Positions 30,536 to 40,221 of a stretch of 64,000 nt of DNA are shown in pieces. Below the pieces are notes generated by a model. It was not told the DNA's origin and ran no database searches. It saw only the letters and a program-made list of their open reading frames with translations. Position numbers and translations under genes: made by a program. Source of the DNA: Pseudomonadales bacterium (lineage in GTDB: Bacteria; Patescibacteriota; Microgenomatia; UBA1400; PJMF01); the NCBI GenBank assembly GCA_020632265.1, contig JACKFW010000001.1, positions 599,272 to 663,271 on the forward strand, given 5' to 3'. Each line of letters begins with the position of its first letter. Within the stretch, counting starts at the first letter, position 1.

Positions 30536-32545
30536 TTACTCATTAGCATCAATCTCAAAAATTATTGAACCGCTAACCGCATAAATTTTATTGGAGGACT
30601 TGCTGACTGCAATTGAGCTAACAGTTGCAAGAGACACAGATTTTATTTCACGTATAAAATCACCCGATTTTGACAAAATTACTATTCGCTTATTGTTGGC
30701 ATCTAAAATATAGAGATTGTCTAAGTCGTCATTGGTGTAAATTTTTATACCATTCAAAAATTGATTACTAAGACCCCTAATTTCAAAACTCTCTTCTTTG
30801 CCTGAGGCAAATTTCTTTATTTGGCCACTTGAATTTGTAAGCCAAATATCACCATCAATTGCCATTGATAAAACTTCATCATATTTCAAACCAGTTTCAG
30901 ATTTCATCCAGCCCACAGGATCTGAATAACCTTCTGATTCTTTCGAATATCGATAAATATTGCGTTTATCAGGACTAAAAACGTACACAAATCTATCATA
31001 CGCATCAATATACAATGCATTTCTATTTGAATCTCCCAAAACCTTAACCTCTTTTATTTCACTACCTTCTTCCAAATCAAAGGACTTAATTCCATCAGTT
31101 AATACATAAACGGTATTAGCATTGATTGATAAATCTTTTACTTGTTCAAATTTTGCAAAATCCCTAACACTGACTTTTTTGGTGAGTGCATCCAAAACAA
31201 CAACCTGTTTTTTTTCTGAATCAAGTATACTAATTTTCTCATTACTAACATCAAGATTGCTTGCAATATAATCAGATCTAACCAACCTAAGATCGTAAAA
31301 TATTGGTAGTTCATCCAATTCAACTTTTCCTGAAATTTCATCGTAAAAAGTGGTGGTTTCAGCGAGTTTATTATCAATCAAACTTACAGAACTACTCTTT
31401 AAATTTTCTGCCTTCAATTTTTCAAGGGAGTTAATTACTCCCAAAGTAATATCTCTAGAAGAAATTGGATCATCATTAATATTCTGCTTAGCGATTAAAA
31501 TTCGTTCTTCAATTGGAATCAATAGATTTTGAATCCTTTCTTTATCCTTGCGTCTACCATTGGTAAAAATAACAATAGTAGTAAGAAACACGATAAAAAT
31601 TAATCCAATAATAAGAAATTTAAACAGACTTTTGTTTCTACCACTATCATCGCGCAAAGAGATTTTGCCATTAAACAAATCCTTCAATCTAATCTTTTTT
31701 AAAGACTTAAAAAATACTTTAATTTTTGACAAGTTAATTTTTTTTATTAAATTCGGAAGATATTTGATCAAAATAACAAGATAATTAATCAGACCTTTGA
31801 TAATCATTATTATTTTAAATAAATAATCGCTTGACAACAACTTAATATCATTCTCTTTTTCAATAATGAAAGAATTATTTTCATTAGCTTGGAGTCCTTC
31901 GTCTTGATCGTCAAAATCAATACTGGCTTGAATACTTGGTTCTTTTTCCCAGTTTTCGTTATCTGAAATTTTTTCCAAAGATTTTGCTTGATTAATAAAT
32001 ACAATTGCCGACAACGAAGAATCTGCTTGAGCATGTAACCCAGGAACTACGGAAGTAATAATAATGTCAACATCAAAACCCTTTATAAATTTTTGCTCAA
32101 TTTCATTAAGGAATTGCGAAGCTTGATATGTAGTAAGAACAAATACATCATTTTCTGTATAACTTCCTTTTACAATTTTAATTTCATCCTTTGAAAACAA
32201 AATTTTTCCCACTTTTTCTTTTCGTTTTAAAAACACCGAGCCACCATATGTTACAAAAATGCTTTTATCACCATTTATCAATGCACTTGATAAATATATT
32301 TTGCAATCGTTATCTTGAACAAATTCAATTAAATCATTAACAAACTCGTGGAGTTGCTCAATATCATAAAAATAGAAATCAGAAATTTTGTCTGAAACAT
32401 CTCTTCCAACATTGCCGGCGTGTTTACCAGAAATAGCAAAGACACAGATTAATCTAGTGTTAACTGAAGATGTGCTTTCAGCTACTTGGGACCAACCAGT
32501 AAACTGTGGCAATCCAACGACTGGAGTTACCTTGAAACGAATCAT
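30536..32545 (-). CDS. Hypothetical bitopic membrane protein, 669 aa. Cytoplasmic N-terminal domain, one central TM helix and a C-terminal beta-propeller-like repeat region.
   Basis: Central hydrophobic helix LIIGLIFIVFLTTIVIF. The C-terminal region has repeated Y/D-rich blades. Confidence 0.5.
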   Translation of the reverse strand: MIRFKVTPVVGLPQFTGWSQVAESTSSVNTRLICVFAISGKHAGNVGRDVSDKISDFYFYDIEQLHEFVNDLIEFVQDNDCKIYLSSALINGDKSIFVTYGGSVFLKRKEKVGKILFSKDEIKIVKGSYTENDVFVLTTYQASQFLNEIEQKFIKGFDVDIIITSVVPGLHAQADSSLSAIVFINQAKSLEKISDNENWEKEPSIQASIDFDDQDEGLQANENNSFIIEKENDIKLLSSDYLFKIIMIIKGLINYLVILIKYLPNLIKKINLSKIKVFFKSLKKIRLKDLFNGKISLRDDSGRNKSLFKFLIIGLIFIVFLTTIVIFTNGRRKDKERIQNLLIPIEERILIAKQNINDDPISSRDITLGVINSLEKLKAENLKSSSVSLIDNKLAETTTFYDEISGKVELDELPIFYDLRLVRSDYIASNLDVSNEKISILDSEKKQVVVLDALTKKVSVRDFAKFEQVKDLSINANTVYVLTDGIKSFDLEEGSEIKEVKVLGDSNRNALYIDAYDRFVYVFSPDKRNIYRYSKESEGYSDPVGWMKSETGLKYDEVLSMAIDGDIWLTNSSGQIKKFASGKEESFEIRGLSNQFLNGIKIYTNDDLDNLYILDANNKRIVILSKSGDFIREIKSVSLATVSSIAVSKSSNKIYAVSGSIIFEIDANE

Positions 32546-32580
32546 TAATCAGATTCTATCACAAGAAAATTAAAATTACC

Positions 32581-32844
32581 TTACAAAACTAGCAAGAAGT
32601 ATATCAAAACCAATACGCTAGCAATAAAATGCACGTATCCCAAAATTTTGTTATTTAAAGAAAAAGTGGTACTTAAAGTTTTACTCATTAATGAAACTTG
32701 CTTAATAATTAGAAATGCAAATAAAACATAAATTACGCCACCAAGAATAAACATGTACTTGATTAAAATTAACATAAAATCATTGCCCGGATTAAAATCA
32801 AGCATTCCTGAATTTGATATAAGTGTTAACATTAAAGTAATCAT
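32581..32844 (-). CDS. Small two-TM membrane protein, 87 aa.
   Basis: Complete ORF. Its start abuts the upstream gene. Confidence 0.35.
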   Translation of the reverse strand: MITLMLTLISNSGMLDFNPGNDFMLILIKYMFILGGVIYVLFAFLIIKQVSLMSKTLSTTFSLNNKILGYVHFIASVLVLIYFLLVL

Positions 32845-33500
32845 TATTTAACCCTTCCTTCAAACTTTTCAAGTTCTTCTTCTAAGATCATCTCATTTAA
32901 TAAAGCTGTAACTTTTGAAGTTTTAGGGACATTTTCAAAACATAATTCCTGTTTAGTGGCAGCAGTTTGAATAATAATAGTGCCATAATCAAAGATTGAG
33001 GAAAAAAAACCACTGGTTAATGAGGTAATATCTTCAATTTTATCTATTTTAGTTGTCGAAATATCTTTATAAATCATTGAGATAAAATCAACATCAATAA
33101 TTCTTTCATCAGTCACAATATAAACTCTATAAAACCATTTTAAATATGACTCAAGTGCAAATCCTGTCGTTAATAAATACCATCCTAAAAGACTTGCAAA
33201 TTGAAATCTCGAAGGTAAAAATGAGAAAATTTCTGAGACAGAAAAAAGGATTGGAAGCATAATCATTACAACAACTATCGCAACCCACTTTACCTGAGTA
33301 ACTACATGCTGTCTTAACAATAAGATAATTTGTTCATCCTCTGCTTGAATATCGATAGTTAATCTTTTAGGTTTGGGCAAATATGATGATATTATCCGTC
33401 GAGCTGGAGGCTCTTTTCTCATTGTTTCAGAATATTCATCGACGTGTCTTCTTTTTTTGTTTGTTGAAGCTGATGTATGAGTTGATTCTTTATGCGACAT
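32844..33500 (-). CDS. Membrane protein with two TM helices followed by a bacterial PH-like (YdbS/YdbT, DUF304-like) domain, 218 aa.
   Basis: Its topology and size fit the bPH_2 family. Weak motif-level support. Confidence 0.35.
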   Translation of the reverse strand: MSHKESTHTSASTNKKRRHVDEYSETMRKEPPARRIISSYLPKPKRLTIDIQAEDEQIILLLRQHVVTQVKWVAIVVVMIMLPILFSVSEIFSFLPSRFQFASLLGWYLLTTGFALESYLKWFYRVYIVTDERIIDVDFISMIYKDISTTKIDKIEDITSLTSGFFSSIFDYGTIIIQTAATKQELCFENVPKTSKVTALLNEMILEEELEKFEGRVK

Positions 33501-33518
33501 ATAGATTATTATATCATC

Positions 33519-34157
33519 TCAAGTAAGTGAAGAACTATTTAATCTGGAGTTGTTGGCTTTTAATTTTAGATTATTAACCTCGAAATCAGTGGATTCCATA
33601 AAAAAATCTTCAAGCATTTCCTGACAACTTTTATAAAAATCAAATATCGAGGAATTATTAACGAGTTTATAATCTGCTAACTCCAAACACTCTGAAACTT
33701 GTTGACCATTACCATCTTCACCTACGCCTAAATCTCTTGCATCAACTTGCTTAAACTTAGAAGCAGATGCTGAATCCTCACCCCTAACTTTAGCTCTTTC
33801 TATATATCTTTCTAAACGTCGATTTTTATAAGCAGAAATATGCACAATTTTTCCACCCAAACTATCCTTAATTGTCACAACTTCTTGAGGATTTCTCACA
33901 CCGTCAATTACCACTAAATCATGTTTTTTTATTTCATTTGCAATTTTTTCAACAAGTACGGCGCCACCAAAGCTTTCTCTTAAATCATTGCCTACATCTT
34001 GTAAGTTCTTTCTCGTCATTGCTAAACCACGAGCTTGAGCTTCGTTTCTCACTACATCAGAAAGAGAGAAATATTTAAATCCCTTTGATTTCAAAAACTC
34101 AGAAATGGTTCCTTTTCCGCTAGCAATTGGTCCAACTAAAGCAATAATAATTTTCAT
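33519..34157 (-). CDS. P-loop nucleoside-monophosphate-kinase-like protein (adenylate/cytidylate kinase fold), 212 aa.
   Basis: GPIASGKGT Walker A in an NMP-kinase context. LID and NMP-binding signatures are not clearly canonical. Confidence 0.5.
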   Translation of the reverse strand: MKIIIALVGPIASGKGTISEFLKSKGFKYFSLSDVVRNEAQARGLAMTRKNLQDVGNDLRESFGGAVLVEKIANEIKKHDLVVIDGVRNPQEVVTIKDSLGGKIVHISAYKNRRLERYIERAKVRGEDSASASKFKQVDARDLGVGEDGNGQQVSECLELADYKLVNNSSIFDFYKSCQEMLEDFFMESTDFEVNNLKLKANNSRLNSSSLT

Positions 34158-34194
34158 CTATAAACACTGTACAAGAAAAAACCCAAATTAAAAA

Positions 34195-36006
34195 CTACCT
34201 TTTAAGCACAGCCATAAATGTTTCTTGATTAAGCTCAACTTTACCAAATTGCTTCATACGTTTTTTGCCTTTAGCTTGTTTGGAAAGGAGTTTTTTTCTT
34301 CTAGTAACATCACCACCATATAATTTAGCAGTAACATCCTTTCTAAATGCTTTGACAGTTTCTCTTGCTATCACTGTGCCCCCAATTGAAGCTTGAATTG
34401 GAAGCTCAAACATTTGTCTTGGAATTACATCTTTCAATTTATTGACTACACTTCTTCCTTGTTTAGAGGCACTTTCCCTGACAGTCATAAAACTTAATGC
34501 CTCAACTTCTTCTCGATTTAACAAAATGGAAACTTTAACAACATCTACTGGTCTAAATTCAAATAGCTTGTATTCCATTGAAGCATAGCCAGAAGAAAGT
34601 GATTTTAGCGTATCATGAAAATCGGTTATCAACTCTGCTAGAGGAACAACACATTCAATATTTACTCTATTCCCCACATGGGTGCTTTTTACAAAACTTC
34701 CTCTTCTCTCTCTGCAAAGATTAATAATTTCGCTCATTTGATTTGTTGGTGCAAGAATATTTACTCTTGTAATCGGTTCTCTAATTTCTTTAATTGTTGA
34801 AGGATCAGGCATATCAGAAGGGGTTCGTACTAATAATTCCTCACCTGTAACGCTGGTTACTTGATAAGTAACGGAGGGGATTGTGGCAATAAGCTCTAAA
34901 TTGTATTCTCGTTGTAATCTTTCAACCACAATTTCTGCATGTAAAATACCTAAGAAACCAACTCTAAGACCGCTTCCGAGCGCCTGTGAATGAGTACCTG
35001 AAAATTTTAATGCCGCATCTCTAAGAGACAGCTTGTCCATTGCATCTTGTAAAAAAGTAAATTCACCAGCATCTGTGGGATAAATTTCCATATAAACCAT
35101 TGGCATTGGTTCTTTATATCCAGCCAAAGATTGGACTTTTTCTCGTTTACTGAAAGTTGTCATAGTATCACCAATTTTTAAGGACTTAATATCTTTAAGT
35201 CCAGTGGCTACATAGCCAACTTCTCCAGCTCTTAGTTCATGAGTGGAATTCATTCCTGGGGAAAATACTCCTAAATCAATCGGTAAAAAAGAAGCTTTGG
35301 ATTGCGTAAAGCCCATTTTTTCTTTTTTAACTACACCATCAACAACTCTTATCAATGCCACAGCACCTTTGTGTGAATCAAAATGTGAAGTTATCAATAA
35401 AGAGCGCGTATCTTTTGCATCATCACCTTCTGGGGATGGAATACGATCTATGATTGCTTCCAAAACAGATTGAACATTTTCACCAGTTTTTGCAGAAACC
35501 ATAATTAATTCATCTTCACTACAATCACACAATTCCATAACTTCTAATGACACTCTTTCAACTTCTGCAGAAGGCAAATCAACTTTATTTAATACAGGAA
35601 TAACTACTAATCCTAATGCTTTTGCTTGTTCAAAATTTGACAATGTTTGTGCTTGAATTCCTTGCGATGCATCTACTATTAATAAAACACCTTCGCAAGC
35701 AGCTAAAGAACGACTAACCTCATATCCAAAATCAACGTGTCCTGGAGTATCAATCAAATTAAAAATATATGTTTGATTCTCATGATTAGGACTAACGTAT
35801 TCAATTCTTACAGGAGCCAATTTAATAGTAATCCCTCTCTCTCTTTCAATGGGATTACTATCCATCATTCTATCCTGAAAATTTAAAGCATTAACTGTAT
35901 TTGTGAAACGCAAAAATCTATCGGTTAAAGTTGTTTTACCATGATCAATATGTGCAATGATAGAAAAATTTCTGATAGAAGCGCGCGAATAGGCTTGGCT
36001 TGACAT
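34195..36006 (-). CDS. lepA: Elongation factor 4 (LepA), 603 aa.
   Basis: IRNFSIIAHIDHGKTTL, DTPGHVDF and NKVD GTPase motifs. LepA-specific C-terminal domain. Confidence 0.95.
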   Translation of the reverse strand: MSSQAYSRASIRNFSIIAHIDHGKTTLTDRFLRFTNTVNALNFQDRMMDSNPIERERGITIKLAPVRIEYVSPNHENQTYIFNLIDTPGHVDFGYEVSRSLAACEGVLLIVDASQGIQAQTLSNFEQAKALGLVVIPVLNKVDLPSAEVERVSLEVMELCDCSEDELIMVSAKTGENVQSVLEAIIDRIPSPEGDDAKDTRSLLITSHFDSHKGAVALIRVVDGVVKKEKMGFTQSKASFLPIDLGVFSPGMNSTHELRAGEVGYVATGLKDIKSLKIGDTMTTFSKREKVQSLAGYKEPMPMVYMEIYPTDAGEFTFLQDAMDKLSLRDAALKFSGTHSQALGSGLRVGFLGILHAEIVVERLQREYNLELIATIPSVTYQVTSVTGEELLVRTPSDMPDPSTIKEIREPITRVNILAPTNQMSEIINLCRERRGSFVKSTHVGNRVNIECVVPLAELITDFHDTLKSLSSGYASMEYKLFEFRPVDVVKVSILLNREEVEALSFMTVRESASKQGRSVVNKLKDVIPRQMFELPIQASIGGTVIARETVKAFRKDVTAKLYGGDVTRRKKLLSKQAKGKKRMKQFGKVELNQETFMAVLKR

Positions 36007-36031
36007 CTTTCACCTGCTCCTCGAGATGATA

Positions 36032-36454
36032 TTATTTTTTAACGGCTGAAGATTTTGCTTTACTAACTTTTTTTGTTGCTTTTTTTGCCACGGATTTTTT
36101 AGCTGCTGCTTTCTTACTAGCTTTTTTTGCCACGGTTTTTTTTGCCCCCGATTTTTTGGCAGTAGTTTTCTTTGCCCCCGATTTTTTTGAAACTTTGACT
36201 GAAGATTTCTCTTTTAATTCAGAACCAACCAATTTACTAAGCTGAGATTTTAATCTTCCTGCTTTATTTTTATGCATTAAATTTCTTTTAACTGTTTTAT
36301 CAATACTTGAGAAAGCAGCGGTTAAATTGGCATCGGTTGGCTCTTTTCTCATCTTGTCAGTTTTAGTTTTTAAAATTGACTTGACTCTTGAATTGATAAC
36401 AGCTTTTTTTCTACTAGATCTGAGTGCTTTTTTTGCGTTTTGTAATATTGGCAT
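36032..36454 (-). CDS. rpsT: Ribosomal protein S20 with a C-terminal Lys/Ala-rich (AKKS-repeat) extension, 140 aa.
   Basis: N-terminal NAKKALRSSRKKAVINSR and LMHKNKAGRLKSQLSKL match S20. The tail is low-complexity. Confidence 0.6.
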   Translation of the reverse strand: MPILQNAKKALRSSRKKAVINSRVKSILKTKTDKMRKEPTDANLTAAFSSIDKTVKRNLMHKNKAGRLKSQLSKLVGSELKEKSSVKVSKKSGAKKTTAKKSGAKKTVAKKASKKAAAKKSVAKKATKKVSKAKSSAVKK

Positions 36455-36545
36455 ATATATTGTTTAATGATATTAATCAAATTTTAACTTTTACTATTTT
36501 AGACTAGGCAGGAATTATACCAGAAATATTCTATAATTGATATAA

Positions 36546-38237
36546 ATGTTTTCACTTACAAAAAATACTATCACGAAACTGCTGACAAGCAATACCAAAT
36601 GGTTGGAAAATCAACAAACTAGTATTAATTCAGCCGCTGTCGTAATCGCTTTAGCCAATATACTATCCATTGTTTCGGGATTTGTGAGAACGAGAGTTAT
36701 TCTCTCATACTTCAACGAAGAAATAGTTACTGCCTGGACACTGGCATTTCAAATTCCTGATATTTTATTTCAACTATTAATTTTTGGAGCTTTATCAGCA
36801 TCCTTTATTCCCATATTTTTATCCGTTAAACAACGTTATGATTCCCAAACAGCTTTTAAAATGAGCTCTATTGTGCTTAATATTTTATTAGTCCTATTTG
36901 TGGCTTCAAGCCTTGTAATCTTTATTTTTGCTGAACCTCTTACTATTTTTAGGATTGGTGACAAAATTTCGTCTTCTCAACTCGCAATTGTGATTGGACT
37001 AACAAAAGTAATGCTCCTTGCTCAAATATTTTTTACCATTTCCAATGTTATGACTGGTGTTTTACAGTCCTTTCAAAGATTTATCATTCCAAGTATTGCT
37101 CCAATTATCTACAATTTAGGCATAATTATTGGAATTGCAGTCTTTCATAAATCATTTGGAATTTACTCAGCAGGCATAGGTGTGGTGCTTGGCGCACTAT
37201 TGCACATGTTTGTACAAATTCCCCTTGCTGGTAGGCTTGGATTTAAACCAAGTTTCTCACTTAATTTTAGACACCCGGGAGTAAAAAAATTATTACTTCT
37301 TTCTCCAGCTCGATTTTTGACTATTGGACTTGCCCAAATTCAAAGCCTTGCCTTAGGATATTTTGCTACATCCATTGGCCAACTAAGCTTTCTTTATATT
37401 TCCTACGCAACTTATTTATCAGTTTTTCCCATTAGACTCTTCGGAGTACCACTAAGTCAAGCGGCTCTGCCATTTTTATCGGAATATTCTGGAGAAAATC
37501 AATTGATAAAGTTTAGAGATTTGATTTTACAATCCTTAAATCAAATCTCATTTTTAGCAATGCCAACATCTGTATTGTTGCTTATTTTAAGAGTTCCTAT
37601 AGTTCGTTTAGCTTTTGGAACTGATAATTTTAGTTGGCATTCGACTATTACAACAGGAAAAATCTTGGCAATTTTAGCTATTTCCATTACTGCTCAAGCT
37701 ATGGTTCAACTTCTGATTAGAGGCTTTCATGCTCTTAAAAATACCAAAACACCTTTGATAATCTCTATCATTTTTACTATTTTTTATCTCACAAGCTCAT
37801 TTTTAATGGTTAAATATACCGATTATGGAATATTGGGATTAGCTCTTATAAATTCCGTAAGTTTTGTTTTAGAACTTTTTCTTTTTATGATAATATTCAA
37901 CCGCTTCATTCCAAATTTTATTGGAAAATCTTTAATTATTCCTCAACTTAAAATGCTTTTAGCAAGTTTCTTCATGGCGATATTTCTCTATCTTCCATTT
38001 AGAATCTTTGACGAATTAATCTTTGATACCACTAAAACAATTGAGCTTGTTGCGTTAACTATCACAACTGGAACAATTGGAATGCTTGTGTACATTTACT
38101 TTGCAGCCATCTTTGATATTAAAGAGCTTGAATTAGTGAATCGAGCAATTCAATCGTTTGGTAAAAAATGGAAAACTGGAACTGTAAAGACTCAAGAATT
38201 TTTAATTGAAACTTCGATCGATGACGAGGTAATTTAG
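36546..38237 (+). CDS. murJ: Lipid II flippase MurJ (MviN, MOP superfamily), 563 aa.
   Basis: AFQIPDILFQLLIFGALSASFIPIF resembles the MurJ AF.IPN..R..AEGA.S.AFVP motif. About 14 TM helices. Confidence 0.7.
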   Translation: MFSLTKNTITKLLTSNTKWLENQQTSINSAAVVIALANILSIVSGFVRTRVILSYFNEEIVTAWTLAFQIPDILFQLLIFGALSASFIPIFLSVKQRYDSQTAFKMSSIVLNILLVLFVASSLVIFIFAEPLTIFRIGDKISSSQLAIVIGLTKVMLLAQIFFTISNVMTGVLQSFQRFIIPSIAPIIYNLGIIIGIAVFHKSFGIYSAGIGVVLGALLHMFVQIPLAGRLGFKPSFSLNFRHPGVKKLLLLSPARFLTIGLAQIQSLALGYFATSIGQLSFLYISYATYLSVFPIRLFGVPLSQAALPFLSEYSGENQLIKFRDLILQSLNQISFLAMPTSVLLLILRVPIVRLAFGTDNFSWHSTITTGKILAILAISITAQAMVQLLIRGFHALKNTKTPLIISIIFTIFYLTSSFLMVKYTDYGILGLALINSVSFVLELFLFMIIFNRFIPNFIGKSLIIPQLKMLLASFFMAIFLYLPFRIFDELIFDTTKTIELVALTITTGTIGMLVYIYFAAIFDIKELELVNRAIQSFGKKWKTGTVKTQEFLIETSIDDEVI

Positions 38238-38282
38238 TCTAGGTATTGGTTACAATATAAATTTCTTGTACAATAAAAACCA

Positions 38283-38897
38283 TTGATGAAAAAAACTGCC
38301 CAAATAAAGATTAACTTAATTCCAAAAGATCCTTTTTTTTCTACCATTATTGGCAAATTACTCAAGTGGGCACTATCTGTTGGCAGATATATCGTAATTT
38401 TCACAGAACTCGTAGTGATTATGAGTTTTATTGCCAGATTTACTTTAGACAGACAAGTAACTGACTTAAATTCCTCTATTAATCAAAAAAAACAAATAAT
38501 ACTTGCTTATGGAGATATTGAAGAAAGTTTTCGAACCGCTCAAGAAAAGATTTCTCAATATGAACAAACAGAACAAGAAGCTAATATTATTGATACATTC
38601 GAAAATTTAAGTAAAATTATGCCGGATGGCATAATTCTTGAGGATCTTTCTATAAAACCAACAACCATTACAATTTCAGGACAAACATTCTCACAAACAT
38701 CATTTAATCTACTGATCAACAATCTTCAGCTCTCTCAAGATTTTACCAAAATTGACGTTGGAGAAATTGAATCTAATAAAGATAAAACAGGATTGAGTTT
38801 CCGAATTCGAGCTAATACAAGACAAGAGGTAAAAATTGAGAAAGCACCAGTTGTCAATGAAAAAGTCAACTTATTAGATAGGACCCAAGGATTATAA
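38283..38897 (+). CDS. PilN-like type IV pilus assembly protein, 204 aa.
   Basis: N-terminal KINLIPKD (the INLLP motif), then one TM helix and a coiled-coil/periplasmic domain. Confidence 0.4.
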   Translation: MMKKTAQIKINLIPKDPFFSTIIGKLLKWALSVGRYIVIFTELVVIMSFIARFTLDRQVTDLNSSINQKKQIILAYGDIEESFRTAQEKISQYEQTEQEANIIDTFENLSKIMPDGIILEDLSIKPTTITISGQTFSQTSFNLLINNLQLSQDFTKIDVGEIESNKDKTGLSFRIRANTRQEVKIEKAPVVNEKVNLLDRTQGL

Positions 38898-38898
38898 A

Positions 38899-39555
38899 AT
38901 GAAAAGTAAAGCCCTACCTATCAACACATCAAAGAAAAAAAAGGAAATAGCAAGCGCCTTAAATCGTTTCTATCAAAAACCAATTGCTAGAGTTTCTCTA
39001 GAATTATTTTTAACCATTGGTCTAGTGTCATTTTTGGCATTATTTGCTATCAAACCCACTATTCTTACCATGTCCAACCTTATTAAAGAAATTGAAAACA
39101 AGCAAAAACTTGAATTACAATTAACTCAGAAAATTGCTGCATTACAAACTGCTCAATCAGAATTTATTTCCATTGAACCATTATTACCAATTCTAGATGA
39201 GGCTATTCCGTCAAATCCTGAATTAATAAGAACTGCTAAAATTATTGAAAAAGTTGCCACTGATACTCAAGTCATAATTAGAAGCATAAGCGTTTCGGAT
39301 CTACCACAAAATTTACTACAAGATGTTCCATTTTCACAAAAATCCAAACAAAATTTAAGCTTTTCTGTAAGTGTTTCAGGCGATTATATTTCAATTAGAA
39401 ATTTTACAGAAACACTCAGAAAATCAAGAAAAAGTTTTGTTATCGATACTATCAATTTTTCCATTGATGAAAGCAAAGGCTCTAAAAAACTTACTGCAAG
39501 CATTACTATTAATGCTCCATTTTTTGGAGTAGAAGCAATTAAAAAGAAGAAATAA
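38899..39555 (+). CDS. PilO-like bitopic protein, 218 aa.
   Basis: One TM helix, a coiled coil and a soluble domain. Start overlaps the PilN-like stop. Confidence 0.3.
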   Translation: MKSKALPINTSKKKKEIASALNRFYQKPIARVSLELFLTIGLVSFLALFAIKPTILTMSNLIKEIENKQKLELQLTQKIAALQTAQSEFISIEPLLPILDEAIPSNPELIRTAKIIEKVATDTQVIIRSISVSDLPQNLLQDVPFSQKSKQNLSFSVSVSGDYISIRNFTETLRKSRKSFVIDTINFSIDESKGSKKLTASITINAPFFGVEAIKKKK

Positions 39556-39565
39556 AAAAGGAAAA

Positions 39566-40081
39566 GTGGCAAAAGAAAAAGATATCAAAAAAGACTTCCA
39601 GCAACTAAAAACTAATAAACAATTTTTAGTAATTCTAATTTTACTATTTGTTTCAGCTTTTTTCTGGATAGTTATTAGCTTGATCAGTTCTCAAACAAAT
39701 GACGAAGTTTCCAGCGAACTCACTCTCTTGGCTAAACCCCTTGTTCCAAATATAAACAAAGAGGTTTTATCAGAAATTCAAGCTAAATATTCATACTCTG
39801 ATGAAGAGCTGTCTTCATTTGTTATTTACAAAATTTTAGTCACAAGAGATGGAAAAACTGAGAGAGTCGTTCCTCTAGATGTATCTATTGACGACATTGA
39901 TCCTAAAAATACTGTTGTTTCTACTCCAAAACCACCGGGGTTTGGGTCGTTATTACAATCAGAAGTTCAAGAATCCGAAAACAAAACAAATGACAATAAT
40001 ATTGAAGCAAGCCCAGACATCAACTTAGATAAAAATTCCCCAGATTATATCCCACCTACTTTGTTAAATAGTAGTCTGTAA
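39566..40081 (+). CDS. Hypothetical bitopic membrane protein, 171 aa, possibly a PilP-like periplasmic component.
   Basis: One TM helix plus a soluble C-terminal domain. Directly follows the PilO-like gene. Confidence 0.3.
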   Translation: MAKEKDIKKDFQQLKTNKQFLVILILLFVSAFFWIVISLISSQTNDEVSSELTLLAKPLVPNINKEVLSEIQAKYSYSDEELSSFVIYKILVTRDGKTERVVPLDVSIDDIDPKNTVVSTPKPPGFGSLLQSEVQESENKTNDNNIEASPDINLDKNSPDYIPPTLLNSSL

Positions 40082-40221
40082 ATTCTTGAATGAAGATCGA
40101 TATATTTTGTATATATAAATCTCACTTCATTCGGTCTTTGTTCGCGTTGCTTTCTTGACTATATTTATCTAAAGTAGATATTAAGGTGTGGAATGCACAC
40201 TTTTGTTTTGTATGAAAACTT